Source of the DNA: an uncultured Thermoprotei archaeon
GTDB taxonomy: Archaea; Thermoproteota; Thermoprotei; Thermofilales; B15-G2
Length of the DNA stretch: 64,000 nucleotides
Assembly: GCA_965367815.1 (NCBI GenBank)
Contig: CBDUKN010000001.1
Location: 160,001 to 224,000 of the forward strand
Direction: 5' to 3'
This document shows positions 36,680-47,282 of the stretch, piece by piece (within the stretch, counting starts at the first letter, position 1; the number at the start of each line of letters is the position of its first letter). A model generated the notes under the pieces. That model did not search any database, was not told where the DNA came from, and saw only the letters and a program-made list of their open reading frames with translations. A program made the position numbers and the translations under genes.

Positions 36680-37798
36680 CTATATCCTACTATTAGCCAG
36701 TCTACTTGAAACTGCTTCACATAAATCTAGTACATTTAAGTTAAATTCCTTCAATGTGCTAGCATACCTAAAGTTCATTAAGCATACAGGACATGCTGTA
36801 ACAAGAGTATCTACTTTCAGCGGAAGAATTTCATTCACTATTTTTCTTGAAGCAGCTTCAATCGCGAGATCCGTGTACAGTCCCCATATTAAGCCTCCTC
36901 CACCGCAACAAGTAGACTTAAGACCCTGCTTAGCTGGACCAACAATTTTGTACCCGAATTTTTCTAAAACAGCCCTAGGCTCTTCTACAACGCCACAGTG
37001 TCTAGCAAGTTCACATGGATCGTGGTAAGCGATGTTCTTGACGTTAACTGGTTCTACTTTAATTCTATTAAGAGATTCCTTGAGCAGCTGTGATATGTGG
37101 AGAATTCTGGTAGGGAGCTCTATGCCGAGTACTTCTGGGTAGAGATATTTTAGCGTATGGAAGCAGCTAGGACAGCCTGTTACAAGAGCACTGGGATTAA
37201 TTTCGCTTAAAATCCTCACTATTTTCTCAGCTAGCTTTTTGGCTTCATTAATGAATCCAGCTAATATAAGAGGACTACCGCAGCAAACTTCGCTTACTGT
37301 ACAAACACTGTAATTTAAGCTGGATATGAGTTTGAGCTGTACCTCACTTAGGTCTGGCAGCCTATAGTTCATCATGCATCCTCTCCAGTACAGGATGTCT
37401 CCTCTCTTCTCTCCTTGAGCAGAGGGATTTTCTTCAAAGCCGAATATGTTACCGGTTTTCAGTACATTTCTGACTAGTCTAAGTATGGGATTTGGTGCAG
37501 TGCCTTTTTCTGAAAGAATTTTTCTTGCAGAAAGAACTAGACTTGGCACATCTATGCCTGCAGGACACTTAACAAGGCATCCCCCACATAAAGCACAAGT
37601 ATACAGCTCCTCTAATAGATCTCTGAACTCGAATATGTCTTCGCATACTCCTTTAAGCAGAATTACTCTGCCTCTAGGTCCTCTTACCTCAAGTCTATTT
37701 AATGTATTGTAGATAGAGCAGATAGTATTGCAGAAGCCGCAGCGAGTACAGAGATTAACAACAATATTTCTTAATTCTTCTTGGCTCAGAATTTTCAT
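36680..37798 (-). CDS. GlcF/HdrD-like Fe-S oxidoreductase subunit (CCG domains)
   Basis: Two CxxCxxCxxxC motifs, VCCG, YHDPC, CCGGGG, TACPVC. Confidence 0.9.
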   Translation of the reverse strand: MKILSQEELRNIVVNLCTRCGFCNTICSIYNTLNRLEVRGPRGRVILLKGVCEDIFEFRDLLEELYTCALCGGCLVKCPAGIDVPSLVLSARKILSEKGTAPNPILRLVRNVLKTGNIFGFEENPSAQGEKRGDILYWRGCMMNYRLPDLSEVQLKLISSLNYSVCTVSEVCCGSPLILAGFINEAKKLAEKIVRILSEINPSALVTGCPSCFHTLKYLYPEVLGIELPTRILHISQLLKESLNRIKVEPVNVKNIAYHDPCELARHCGVVEEPRAVLEKFGYKIVGPAKQGLKSTCCGGGGLIWGLYTDLAIEAASRKIVNEILPLKVDTLVTACPVCLMNFRYASTLKEFNLNVLDLCEAVSSRLANSRI

Positions 37799-39192
37799 AA
37801 AAACACCTTGTCGGGATTCATTATGTTCTTCGGATCAAACACCTGCTTAATTTTCTTCATTAAGTCCAGTGCTCTAAGAGAGTTTCTTGCCTTAAGCTCC
37901 TCTACCAGTACTTCTTTCTTGACGAGACCTATGCCGTGTTCACCTGCTATAGCTCCTCCAAGCTCTATAGCCGCTAAACATATTTCCTTGAAGCATTTTT
38001 CAGCTTTCTCCCACAGTTCCCTGTCTTTAGGGTCAGTGTAAATAACTGGATGAAGATTACCATCACCTATGTGGCCGAAAACGACTACCGGAACACCGTG
38101 CTTCTCTGCAATCTGGTAAATCTTCTTCAGTATTACTGGAAGCTTTGAAGGAGGAACCGTTATATCTTCTATAAGAACAGCCGGCATAGGTCTCAGCTTA
38201 AGACTAGCAGGATAAGCAGACCTTCTAGCTAAGTAAAGTTTCTCCATTTCTTCAGGGTCATCAGAAGCCTTTACCTCGAAAGCGCCACACTTCCTCATAA
38301 TTTCTTCTAGTCTCTTAGCATACCTCCATACAGCTTCCAGAGGCCCATCTACATCAGCTATAATAGCTGCCTCTGCTTCAGGAAGATCTAAGCCAGTAGC
38401 CTCCTTAACAAACTTTAACACATTCTTGTCGAGAAACTCCATTATAAGAGGAACTATTCTATGTTTCTTGGCTTCAGCTACTACTCTGCCAGCGTCTTCG
38501 ACGCTCTTGAATAAAGCCATAAGCCTAACTATTTTCTCCGGAAGCGGCCATATCTTCAAGTAAATCTTAGTTATCACACCCAGCGTGCCCTCTGAGCCTA
38601 TAATCAAATGAAGGAGGCTGAGTCCTTGCCTACACTTTAAGACAGGTTCTCCGAGAAACACTACTTCGCCGTCGGGAAGCACTACTTCTAGTGCTAAAAC
38701 CCAGTTCCTGAATGTGCCGTATTTTGCTCCTCTCATTCCTCCTGCATCTTCGGCAACACATCCTCCGACACTACATGTACTTGAGCTTGCGGGATCAGGT
38801 GGCACAAAATAGCCATACTTAGCTAGCTCGCTGTTGAGGTCGTCTAGTCTAACGCCGGGCTCTACTACGATGTATCCGTCTACAACATTTACTTCAATTA
38901 TTCTGTTCATGGGCGAGAGATCTAAAACAATAGAGTTTTCTGACGGTATGGAAGCACCTGTAAGGCTTGTTCCACTTCCTCTAACAGTAACCGGAATACC
39001 GTACTTATACGTTATCTTAAGCGTATTTACTACGTCTTCTCTACTAAAAGCACGTACTACGCATAAAGGCTTGCCTGGAAAGAGGCCGGAGGCATCAAAA
39101 GAATAAGTGTAAAGGATTTTAGGGTCTTCAAAGACCTTATTCTCGCCTAGAGTTCCTTTAAGCTCGTTTAAGGCCTGTCGATAAGAGTCCAC
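37795..39192 (-). CDS. FAD-linked oxidase, GlcD/D-lactate dehydrogenase family
   Basis: RGSGTSLTG, PDPASS, GSEGTLG, GHIGDGNLH, GEHGIG, FDPKNIMNP. Confidence 0.93.
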   Translation of the reverse strand: MDSYRQALNELKGTLGENKVFEDPKILYTYSFDASGLFPGKPLCVVRAFSREDVVNTLKITYKYGIPVTVRGSGTSLTGASIPSENSIVLDLSPMNRIIEVNVVDGYIVVEPGVRLDDLNSELAKYGYFVPPDPASSSTCSVGGCVAEDAGGMRGAKYGTFRNWVLALEVVLPDGEVVFLGEPVLKCRQGLSLLHLIIGSEGTLGVITKIYLKIWPLPEKIVRLMALFKSVEDAGRVVAEAKKHRIVPLIMEFLDKNVLKFVKEATGLDLPEAEAAIIADVDGPLEAVWRYAKRLEEIMRKCGAFEVKASDDPEEMEKLYLARRSAYPASLKLRPMPAVLIEDITVPPSKLPVILKKIYQIAEKHGVPVVVFGHIGDGNLHPVIYTDPKDRELWEKAEKCFKEICLAAIELGGAIAGEHGIGLVKKEVLVEELKARNSLRALDLMKKIKQVFDPKNIMNPDKVFL

Positions 39193-39223
39193 ATTAAGTC
39201 AGCTGTAGGCGAGGTATATAGCA

Positions 39224-40579
39224 TTATGCTGTTTGCAGCTTCTGGTACTCTAGAGGCTGAGGCATGTAGTATTTGTCTAGCTCCTCCATGGGGTCTTTTT
39301 CACCCGGCTTTAAGTGTGCTTTGATCCATTCATTGAGCTTATTTAGCAAGTTATCTAGTATTGTTTGCTCAGTATCTGCTAAGTTAATTACTTCAGCGGG
39401 GTCTTTTCTAATGTTGTAGAGCTCGAATCCTAGTTCACCTTTCTTCTTAGCTAACTCTATAATGCTTTTGAGTTCAGGTCCGGGTCTTTCTAGTTCTTTA
39501 GGGTAGTGTACAATAAGTTTCCAGTCGCAGTCGATTATTGCTCTTTCGCCCCATGTCTCTGAGACAGCGTATTCTCTTATTTTGCCGCCGTTAATTAGCT
39601 TCATTAAACTTTCTCCATTGAACTGGTAGTCTACTTTTATTCCAGCTAAATCGAGTATTGTTGGAACAATGTCTACTTGCTGAGCGTACTCTTTTACTCT
39701 AACACCTTTAGGTACTTTAGGAGGATACCTTATTATGAGCGGGATTTTTATAACTGCTTCGTGTAGGCCCGCATGGCCGTAGAGTCCGTGCTGACCTAGT
39801 TGTTCGCCGTGGTCAGACGTTATTATTATGAGAGTGTCGTCTAATATTCTGAGGTCCTCAAGTGTATTGATTACTTGCGCTAAGCAGTGGTCTACATAGA
39901 AGATTTCGCAGTCATATAGGTCTATCGACTTTTCTTCATCTCCTTCAAATATTTCGTCGGCTTTACCCCATCCCGGGACGTAGTCGTAGCCAGCTTCCGT
40001 TTTAACTACTTTGAGGTCCGATAAATCGCCTTTCTTATGTCTAAATACTCTGTCGAAGCCTACGGGCATATTGTAGGGCATGTGGGGATCCCAGTAGTGT
40101 ATGAAAAGGAAGAATTTCTCGTAGGCATGTTGCTTTATCCAAGGTATTAGTCTAGCGTTTAGCTCTCTTCCTATAATGTGGTGGTGAAGCCACTTAGATG
40201 TCCTAGTTACGTTAACGTAGTACTCGTATCCTCTAACGAAGTGCTTGGGATGGGACCTGAAGTTAATAAGGTTGTCGAAAGCAGCTGTAGTGTACCTGTG
40301 GTCCCAAAGTATTTCGGCTAAAACGGGGATATTGTCGTCTAGCTGGTAAGTATTAGGTACGTTCCATGGAGTAATGTAGTACTTTGACCTAATAGGGTAG
40401 AGCCCGGTAATAATTGACGTGAAGCCTGGCCCTGTAGCTATGCCTGCGGCATACGAGTTTTCGAAAAGTACTCCTTCTTTAGCTAATCTATCGATAGTTG
40501 GACTAGTTTCTCTAAAGTAACCATAGCAGCTGAGGTGGTCTGCTCTTAAAGTATCAATAACTACTAAGACTATATTCAC
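39224..40579 (-). CDS. Sulfatase/alkaline-phosphatase superfamily hydrolase
   Basis: DTLRADH, TGPGFTSIITG, DPHMPY, YDCEI, TSDHGE. Confidence 0.88.
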   Translation of the reverse strand: MNIVLVVIDTLRADHLSCYGYFRETSPTIDRLAKEGVLFENSYAAGIATGPGFTSIITGLYPIRSKYYITPWNVPNTYQLDDNIPVLAEILWDHRYTTAAFDNLINFRSHPKHFVRGYEYYVNVTRTSKWLHHHIIGRELNARLIPWIKQHAYEKFFLFIHYWDPHMPYNMPVGFDRVFRHKKGDLSDLKVVKTEAGYDYVPGWGKADEIFEGDEEKSIDLYDCEIFYVDHCLAQVINTLEDLRILDDTLIIITSDHGEQLGQHGLYGHAGLHEAVIKIPLIIRYPPKVPKGVRVKEYAQQVDIVPTILDLAGIKVDYQFNGESLMKLINGGKIREYAVSETWGERAIIDCDWKLIVHYPKELERPGPELKSIIELAKKKGELGFELYNIRKDPAEVINLADTEQTILDNLLNKLNEWIKAHLKPGEKDPMEELDKYYMPQPLEYQKLQTA

Positions 40580-40660
40580 ATTAAAATAATCTAATCAGCA
40601 TATATAATAGTAATGAAAAGCTTCGCTAACCCTTATAAGTTTTTGTTGAGAAAATAGTGT

Positions 40661-40867
40661 ATGGAGGTATACAAGTACATAGAATTAGTCGGAGTTTCTG
40701 AGAAAAGCTGGGAAGACGCTATTAAAACGGCTTTAAATGAAGCAGCTAAAACAGTCCGGAATATAGTTGAAATAGAAGTAGTTAAGCTCACAGCTGAGGT
40801 AGAGAAAGGCGAAATTAAGAAGTATAAAGCTGTAATGAAAGTGTTATTTGGAGTCGAGAGACCTTAA
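40661..40867 (+). CDS. Dodecin (flavin-binding)
   Basis: YKYIELVGVSEKSWEDA...AAKTVRN. Confidence 0.92.
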   Translation: MEVYKYIELVGVSEKSWEDAIKTALNEAAKTVRNIVEIEVVKLTAEVEKGEIKKYKAVMKVLFGVERP

Positions 40868-42295
40868 TTTCTTTCTCACAGTAACATCGCTTGGATCAAT
40901 ACTGCTCCATATAATTTCGAAGCCTTTTTCTTCGAGAATTCTTACTACTTCTTCGCTACTTAAATTATATTTCTTTAGCTCATTTAAAATTGTTGACAGC
41001 TTAGCTACCTGAACTTTCTTTAAGAATTCTTCAGCTTCCTCAGGTAAAATAATTTTATTTGATGGTTTTACTACAGCTTTTTTCTTAGTAGGAGTTCGGG
41101 GCTCGTATTTCTTTAAAATAAGATAAACTTCGGGTGCAGGAAGTTTTCTCTTGTAGAAGATAACATTTTCGAATTCTTTTGCGAAAACTTTAGAACATGA
41201 AAGTTCTTCATTTACAGCTAAAATAATGTTCTTTTCTTTAAGTTTTCTTAACTTATTTATTTTTCTTTCTAAATAGTCTTTTGTCCAAAAGCCTACAATC
41301 TCTAAATATACCTTAACTCCGTTTTTAACGAAGGCGAAATCCGGTATGAAAATACTTGTGCCTGCGACAAGTGGTTCTGGTTCGCGTATTATTTTCCATC
41401 CACTTCCTAAGGTCTGAAAGCGTTTGTAAAATGTTTCTTCTACATCGCTATCATATTCTATTAACTTTAATTCTATTTTTGGAAATAAACTAGAATATTT
41501 ATCTGTTAAATAAAAATTATACACTCTATTCTGTTTTTTGATTTTAGCGTAGATTCTCCATCTAGGAAGAGAAATAATGTAAGGTAAGAGTTTTGCTAAT
41601 CGAGTGCCATAGCGTTCTGTTTGCTTAACTGCTGAAGCAGGCCCGTCTATTGTAAGTTTGATTCCTTGAGGAACCTGTTCTGCAGTATACATTAGGCCTA
41701 GGCGCTTGACATTAAACAATATGATTTTGGCTTGTGTACCAGTTGCCTGTATCTCGGCGTCTATATTTAGGGCTTTGAAGAGGAGTGTTTGTGCTAGTGA
41801 AAGATTGTAGTATTTGAGGAGGTCTTCGGGGCTTATTTCTTCAAAAAATTCTACTACTTGCTCTTCTTCATGTACAGCTTTAAATGCCTTAATGAGCTCT
41901 TCTACAGGTATTTTGAGTCTTTCTGAAACTTTTTTAAAGACAATCGCTCTTTCTCCCTCATTTAAAGTAAAGCCGTATAGTTTCGATGCTTCTGTAAAAA
42001 TTTCTAATCTGGCTTTAATAGGGTCTATTTTTGTAGCTGGTTTAGCGAAACTAGTTCTTTTTAAAAGTAAGTGAATTAAGCCTCTAGCAAATCGATAATC
42101 TAAGCCTAGCTTAAAAGCCTCGTTTTCGATTTCTTTAGCTTTTTCTTCTAGTTGTTTCTTCTTTAACCCAATTGATTCTTTAAATACTTGAATGAGCTTG
42201 CGTGCAACATATAGTTCTGTGTCTGTTAAATGAGAATACTTCGGGTAAATAAAATATCCTCTGGTTCTGGCTACGAGTAAATTTGATGGAAGCAT
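40844..42295 (-). CDS. bax1: DUF790/Bax1 endonuclease
   Basis: MLPSNLL, YNLSLAQTLL, DGP...YGTRLA, REPEP, IPDF, LEIVGFWT. Confidence 0.9.
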   Translation of the reverse strand: MLPSNLLVARTRGYFIYPKYSHLTDTELYVARKLIQVFKESIGLKKKQLEEKAKEIENEAFKLGLDYRFARGLIHLLLKRTSFAKPATKIDPIKARLEIFTEASKLYGFTLNEGERAIVFKKVSERLKIPVEELIKAFKAVHEEEQVVEFFEEISPEDLLKYYNLSLAQTLLFKALNIDAEIQATGTQAKIILFNVKRLGLMYTAEQVPQGIKLTIDGPASAVKQTERYGTRLAKLLPYIISLPRWRIYAKIKKQNRVYNFYLTDKYSSLFPKIELKLIEYDSDVEETFYKRFQTLGSGWKIIREPEPLVAGTSIFIPDFAFVKNGVKVYLEIVGFWTKDYLERKINKLRKLKEKNIILAVNEELSCSKVFAKEFENVIFYKRKLPAPEVYLILKKYEPRTPTKKKAVVKPSNKIILPEEAEEFLKKVQVAKLSTILNELKKYNLSSEEVVRILEEKGFEIIWSSIDPSDVTVRKKLRSLDSK

Positions 42296-42392
42296 TCCGC
42301 TTTAAATACTTGTACTTACACATAAAGAGTTCTTTTACGCACCGAAAGTAATAGTTCCGTTAATCTTTTAACGCTAGGGGTTTAAGCAAGTT

Positions 42393-43421
42393 GTGGTAAA
42401 AGAAGAGCTACTAGCATTCGGCGCTCTTTTACTGATGTATATTTGCTCTTTTGCCGTAGGTAAAGAGGCGTCTATTATAGCTGGCTTTGTTCTAGGAGTA
42501 TATCTAGTTTTTAGGGCAAGCGAGCTAGCTGTAGAAGGTTTAGACAAGCTAGCCCTTAAAATAGGTATTTCCAAGCATTTAGCTGGAGTAATATCGAGTA
42601 TAGCGTCGATTCTCCCTGAAACTCTTATAGCTTTATTTTTAATCATGAAGGCTTCTGCAGAGACTATAGAGACGGCTGTTTTGTCTACTATAATCGCAGC
42701 TGGGCTCAATGTATTTTTACTAGGAGTATTTATACTGATACTAGGTAGCAAGAAAGGAGCCATAAAAGTGAGCTATACTGCGATCGAGCATGAAAGTGAG
42801 TTAATCAGATCGACTATAGTCGTATGCTTTCTAATAACATTAATGGGGCTTGTAGAGGACTGCGAAGGCTACTTACCTCAAGGAATAGGAATCTTCTTGT
42901 TGCTTGTTTATGCAGCGTACATAATAAACATGGTGAGTAAAACTCCTCTAAAGAAGTCTCTTGAAAAAGAAGTATCTTCGCGTAAAATAGCTTTACTTAT
43001 TGCCTTAGGCTTCGGGGGAGTAATTGTGGGAAGTAAACTAGTATCGGATCTCGGAGAATATGCTGTACACACATTAAATCTCTCTCCAGCACTAGCAGCC
43101 TTAATCTTAGCGATCTTTGGAACAATACCAGAAAACGGCATAGCTATAATTGGAGCACTAAAAGGGCATCTCGAGTTAGGCTTAGCTAATCTTCTAGCGG
43201 GAATAACTCAATGTATCTTAATAGTCCTAGGCATAGTAGCTTTATTTACGCCAATTCCTCTCGACGGCTATATAGTCTTCCAGTTAGCCTCAGTAGCAGG
43301 CGTACTATGGTTAGTCAACAAAGCAATACTAGACGACAACCAGCTGACACTAGAAGAAGGAGTATTCATTGTGCTTCTACAAACACTGGTGCTAGTTCTC
43401 TTCGAAGAACTGAGAATTTAG
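42393..43421 (+). CDS. Ca2+/cation antiporter (CaCA family)
   Basis: Two alpha repeats (ASILPE, GTIPEN); about 10 TM helices. Confidence 0.85.
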   Translation: MVKEELLAFGALLLMYICSFAVGKEASIIAGFVLGVYLVFRASELAVEGLDKLALKIGISKHLAGVISSIASILPETLIALFLIMKASAETIETAVLSTIIAAGLNVFLLGVFILILGSKKGAIKVSYTAIEHESELIRSTIVVCFLITLMGLVEDCEGYLPQGIGIFLLLVYAAYIINMVSKTPLKKSLEKEVSSRKIALLIALGFGGVIVGSKLVSDLGEYAVHTLNLSPALAALILAIFGTIPENGIAIIGALKGHLELGLANLLAGITQCILIVLGIVALFTPIPLDGYIVFQLASVAGVLWLVNKAILDDNQLTLEEGVFIVLLQTLVLVLFEELRI

Positions 43422-44776
43422 TCAGACTTAAGAACACGGCGCCTTTTACTAGAGACTCTGGTTTCAGAGGTTCCTGATGTAACTATCTCATATAGAACAG
43501 CTTTTCCCTCCTTAGGTCTCAGTATTCTGCCAAGCCTTTGAATAAACTCTCTCCTACTTGCCGTGCCGCTTAAAACTATTGCTACGTTTGCGTCTGGGAC
43601 ATCTACTCCTTCTTCGAGAACTCTGCTTGTCACTATTGCCTTGAACTTGCCTAGACGGAAGCCTTCGAGAATAGCTCGGCGCTCGACAGGTTTAGTCTTA
43701 TATGTTATTTCAGGTATAAGTAGTTCCTCGGAAATTCTCCTAACCATTTCGTTGTTCTCGGTAAAGATAAGTATTTTATCGCCCCTGTGTTTAGCTAGAA
43801 TTTCTTTAAGTACTTTCATTTTTTCAGAAGCATTGAAAGCTATTTTTCGTGCTTCACGCCAGGCGAGAAGAGCTTCTCTAGCCTCTCTATCAAGTCCACT
43901 TCTCATTATAATTTTTTCAAAATCACTAATAGATTTTATCTTAATATTATGTTTTCTAAGATATTCTTTGTATTTCTTTACAAGCTCTTTATATATTTTT
44001 CTTTCTTTTTCAGATAATTTAACTCTTATTGTCCTTACTTCAAAGTCTGCTAGGAAACGTCCTTTAAATTCTTTAACTACTTTACGGTAGACAATTCTTC
44101 CTACAAGGTAATCTAAGTCTAAGTGTAGGTTATCTTCTCTCTCGGGTGTCGCTGTAAGACCTAGTCTGTAGGGAGCGGCATTCAGTTCTGCTATTTGCCT
44201 ATAGCCGGGGCTCGGCAAATGGTGAACTTCATCGAAGATGATTAACTCGAATTTATTGCCTAGTATTTCTGCATTAATGTACGCTGAATCGTATGTAGAT
44301 ATCGTTATAAAGCCTATGTACTTGCTTCCTCCCCAAAATCTGCCTATCTTTACCTTGAAGAACTTTTTCAGCCGTTTTTCCCACTGCTCCATTAGCTCTA
44401 TTGTCGGAACTACTATCAGCGTGGGCTTCTTTAAGTAGTTTAAGGCGGCTAGTGCAACTCTAGTTTTACCGGCTCCTGTAGGAAGTACGATTACTCCTCT
44501 GCACCTGGCTTTAATCCAGCACTCAAGCGCTTCTTTCTGGTAGTCTCGAAGCCTAAGGTTCTCAGCTAACGTTATTTTTCCTTCAATAGGCTTTAGAACA
44601 CTATCCTGTACTTCAACTCCCTTCTTTTCAAAGTATTCAAGAGCTTGCCTGTAGTGTATAGCTAGTGCTCTGTAAGCATTTATTCTTTTGTCATATTTGA
44701 AGAAAGAAGGTAAACTTAATGGCTCTAGTAGCTCAGCTACTATTGTTCCCCTGTCATAGTATAGCTTAACGACCAC
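43418..44776 (-). CDS. xpb: XPB/Rad25-like SF2 helicase
   Basis: LRDYQ, LPTGAGKT, DEVHH, TATPERED (RED motif), EGVDVPD, QRLGRILR. Confidence 0.93.
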   Translation of the reverse strand: MVVKLYYDRGTIVAELLEPLSLPSFFKYDKRINAYRALAIHYRQALEYFEKKGVEVQDSVLKPIEGKITLAENLRLRDYQKEALECWIKARCRGVIVLPTGAGKTRVALAALNYLKKPTLIVVPTIELMEQWEKRLKKFFKVKIGRFWGGSKYIGFITISTYDSAYINAEILGNKFELIIFDEVHHLPSPGYRQIAELNAAPYRLGLTATPEREDNLHLDLDYLVGRIVYRKVVKEFKGRFLADFEVRTIRVKLSEKERKIYKELVKKYKEYLRKHNIKIKSISDFEKIIMRSGLDREAREALLAWREARKIAFNASEKMKVLKEILAKHRGDKILIFTENNEMVRRISEELLIPEITYKTKPVERRAILEGFRLGKFKAIVTSRVLEEGVDVPDANVAIVLSGTASRREFIQRLGRILRPKEGKAVLYEIVTSGTSETRVSSKRRRVLKSD

Positions 44777-44830
44777 TGTCTATAGTGATGTTCACCGAAT
44801 TAATTAAGTTTAAGAAATATATTGAAACTA

Positions 44831-45838
44831 TTAGCGTTTAAGCACTTGCGTATTTTCTCCACTTAAGTTCGCGCCGCAGTAGGGGCAGAAGCGCGCGTCT
44901 ACTGGTACTTGTCTTCCACACTTGGGGCATACTTTAGTTCCTCCTAGTGGAGAACCGCAGTACATACAGAATTTTGCTCCCGGAGGATTTTCTCTACCGC
45001 AAGAGGGGCACTTTACTCCTGTAGCTATGGGAGGAGCTGACGGCGGCTGCTGAGGAGGCTGGGCTGGCTGCTGCATGAGCTGTGGCAGTAAGACCAGACC
45101 TGTTCCGACAGCAGCTCCACTACTTTTGCCCAGCTCTTTTGCTACTTCACGTAAAGTCTGCATTTGTAAAACATAAGTCGCCTGTCCTGTTTGTCTCAGC
45201 CAGAAGATTTTTTCTCTCCATTCATCAGTAGTGTTTATTCCCTCAAATTTCAGGTCTATTAGCTCTAAGCCTATTCTCCTGAAGTCTGCGAGGAGCTTGA
45301 CTTTAACTTCCATAGATACTCGATCTAAGCTCTGGTAAACATCAAATATACTGTATGTACTTAAGTATTTCATGAGGTTTTCATTAAAGTATCCTCGGAG
45401 GAACTTAGAGAGGTCGCTTGACTCGTAAATGCTTCTGCCTCCGACGACTTCCATTATGAAGAGGCGGGGATCAGATACTTTAAACCAGAACGTTCCGTGA
45501 AACATTAGTGGAGCAAGTTCTATTGTCTGCGTTCTCCCTCCAAATTTTCCTTGAAACTGTTTAGTTGAGACAAATATTACGGTGGCTCTAAAAGGTATTT
45601 TATCGAAGCCGGCGATAGCTGAAAGAGCTCTCGTAAGTAACGGTAAAGTGAGCGTTGTTAAGGTATGTCTTCCGGGACCTAGGACATCGTATACTTTTCC
45701 GTCTCTGAAGAATACTGCTACTTCGTACTCCTTCACTATAAGCTGGCTGCCCCACTCAATAACTTCTTCAGGGTACTTCCATATTATCTCGTCTTCTCTA
45801 GGATTAACCCACTCAATTACCTTAGGCATTAACAGCAC
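44831..45838 (-). CDS. SPFH (band 7, YdjI-like) protein with C-terminal double zinc ribbon
   Basis: GSQLIVKEYEVAVF, GPGRHTL; CPSCG...AKFCMYCG and CPKCG...ARFCPYCG. Confidence 0.88.
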   Translation of the reverse strand: MLLMPKVIEWVNPREDEIIWKYPEEVIEWGSQLIVKEYEVAVFFRDGKVYDVLGPGRHTLTTLTLPLLTRALSAIAGFDKIPFRATVIFVSTKQFQGKFGGRTQTIELAPLMFHGTFWFKVSDPRLFIMEVVGGRSIYESSDLSKFLRGYFNENLMKYLSTYSIFDVYQSLDRVSMEVKVKLLADFRRIGLELIDLKFEGINTTDEWREKIFWLRQTGQATYVLQMQTLREVAKELGKSSGAAVGTGLVLLPQLMQQPAQPPQQPPSAPPIATGVKCPSCGRENPPGAKFCMYCGSPLGGTKVCPKCGRQVPVDARFCPYCGANLSGENTQVLKR

Positions 45839-46325
45839 CTCCTACTGCAACTTCACTTCTCTTACTAACTACTAAATCGAGCTCCAGTACTTTAGACTTT
45901 ACTTCAGCTATCCCCGCTACAAGCCTGCTTTTCTCGCTTAGAAGTGAAGCAAGATTCTTTACAGATTTATTTATCTCTTCAGCTAAAGTGACCAACTTGT
46001 AGTCGTAATCGAGAAGTTTCCTTAGCTCTTCTTCTCTAATCTTCACTCTATCAAATAGTCCTCTATACCCTAGTGAAGCATGACGTATCTTCTGAGCCAA
46101 AGCCTCTAGGTCTTTTCTTAAAGAATCCATTTTTTCTAATACCTCATAGTCTCCACTATAAGAAGGCATTACTTCCTCTAAAAGCCTCTTAGCTTCATCT
46201 ATTTTTAAAGCAGCTTTTTCTCTCACAAGTCTATCGTCTTCTCTTATTAGTTCCTTCTGCTTATATCCTCGGTAGCCAGGAATAAGCATCGAGAGGCGCT
46301 CAATTAAATCCAGTTTTTTCCCCAC
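45822..46325 (-). CDS. Conserved hypothetical alpha-helical protein
   Basis: IPGYRGYKQKE...DDRLVRE and IRHASLGYRGLFD; overlaps the SPFH gene. Confidence 0.75.
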   Translation of the reverse strand: MGKKLDLIERLSMLIPGYRGYKQKELIREDDRLVREKAALKIDEAKRLLEEVMPSYSGDYEVLEKMDSLRKDLEALAQKIRHASLGYRGLFDRVKIREEELRKLLDYDYKLVTLAEEINKSVKNLASLLSEKSRLVAGIAEVKSKVLELDLVVSKRSEVAVGGAVNA

Positions 46326-46355
46326 AGCCTAATTCTGCTAAACTTACTTATAGTT

Positions 46356-47282
46356 TTATGCTTTATGTTCTCTGATTTCAGATGCTTTCACTTTAAGCTG
46401 AACGCTTCTAGTGAGAAGTGGGACTGCTCCGGCTATACCTGAAGCTACTGCGAACAGCGCTGCGAGCAGCGCGTCTCCGCTTGCCTTAAGTGCGGTTATA
46501 ATGACTGCTGCTAAGCCAAAGCCTGTGGTCAAAAATACTCCGCCTAGCGTCAGCTGAAGAGCTCTACTCTTAGCAGCCAAGGGATGCTCAGCTAAAATAA
46601 CTGTACCTGTTACGCCGTCGACGTATGCTCTATAGTTTTCTTCTCGATAAGTATACTCGATTTCCCATACTGGATAGTGGACAAGGCCCTTGAATTCTAC
46701 TTTAAATACTTTGTAGTCTGCTGAAAGAATGTCTTCAGCCGTATTTTCTATTTCGTAACTTAGCTTTTCATTAAGCTTTCCTTCAGCTAGGCTTTGAGCG
46801 TACTCTAAGCTAAGAGCGGGCTTATAGAATATTTCGCTTTTCATCGTCTTTTCGTCTAAAAACTTCTTGCCTCTTAGTGGGAAAGGATAGTCTTCGAGCA
46901 AGAAAGCTACTTCGTTATCTACTGCAGGAATGCCTATTTCTCTAACTTCTTCTACTGTAGTTGTGAAAAATCCATATTTTCTTGAACGAGCTTTTACTTC
47001 TACAACACCGTGCACGTGGAAGAAATATACTGGAATCATGTGCAGTACTCTTTTCTTGTAGCTAGAGTTCTCTCTAATGTCTTTTGGGACGCCGTACTGG
47101 CGCTCAATAAATCGCATTAAGTAGTCATAGGGATTAGCTACAGTAGGAGGGAAGTAGAAGTGTTCGGTGCTTTTAGAGCCTGTTTCTGTATTGAAGACTG
47201 TTCCACAATAAGGGCACTCGACTCTTTTAACTGTTTCTGGAACCTCTAATTCAGCTCCACAGACAGGACATCTAGCTTTCAT
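46356..47282 (-). CDS. Zinc-ribbon protein with C-terminal TM hairpin (YdjG-like)
   Basis: CPVCGA...CPYCGT, PVYF, YPVW...Y, VDGVTG, two C-terminal TM helices. Confidence 0.75.
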   Translation of the reverse strand: MKARCPVCGAELEVPETVKRVECPYCGTVFNTETGSKSTEHFYFPPTVANPYDYLMRFIERQYGVPKDIRENSSYKKRVLHMIPVYFFHVHGVVEVKARSRKYGFFTTTVEEVREIGIPAVDNEVAFLLEDYPFPLRGKKFLDEKTMKSEIFYKPALSLEYAQSLAEGKLNEKLSYEIENTAEDILSADYKVFKVEFKGLVHYPVWEIEYTYREENYRAYVDGVTGTVILAEHPLAAKSRALQLTLGGVFLTTGFGLAAVIITALKASGDALLAALFAVASGIAGAVPLLTRSVQLKVKASEIREHKA

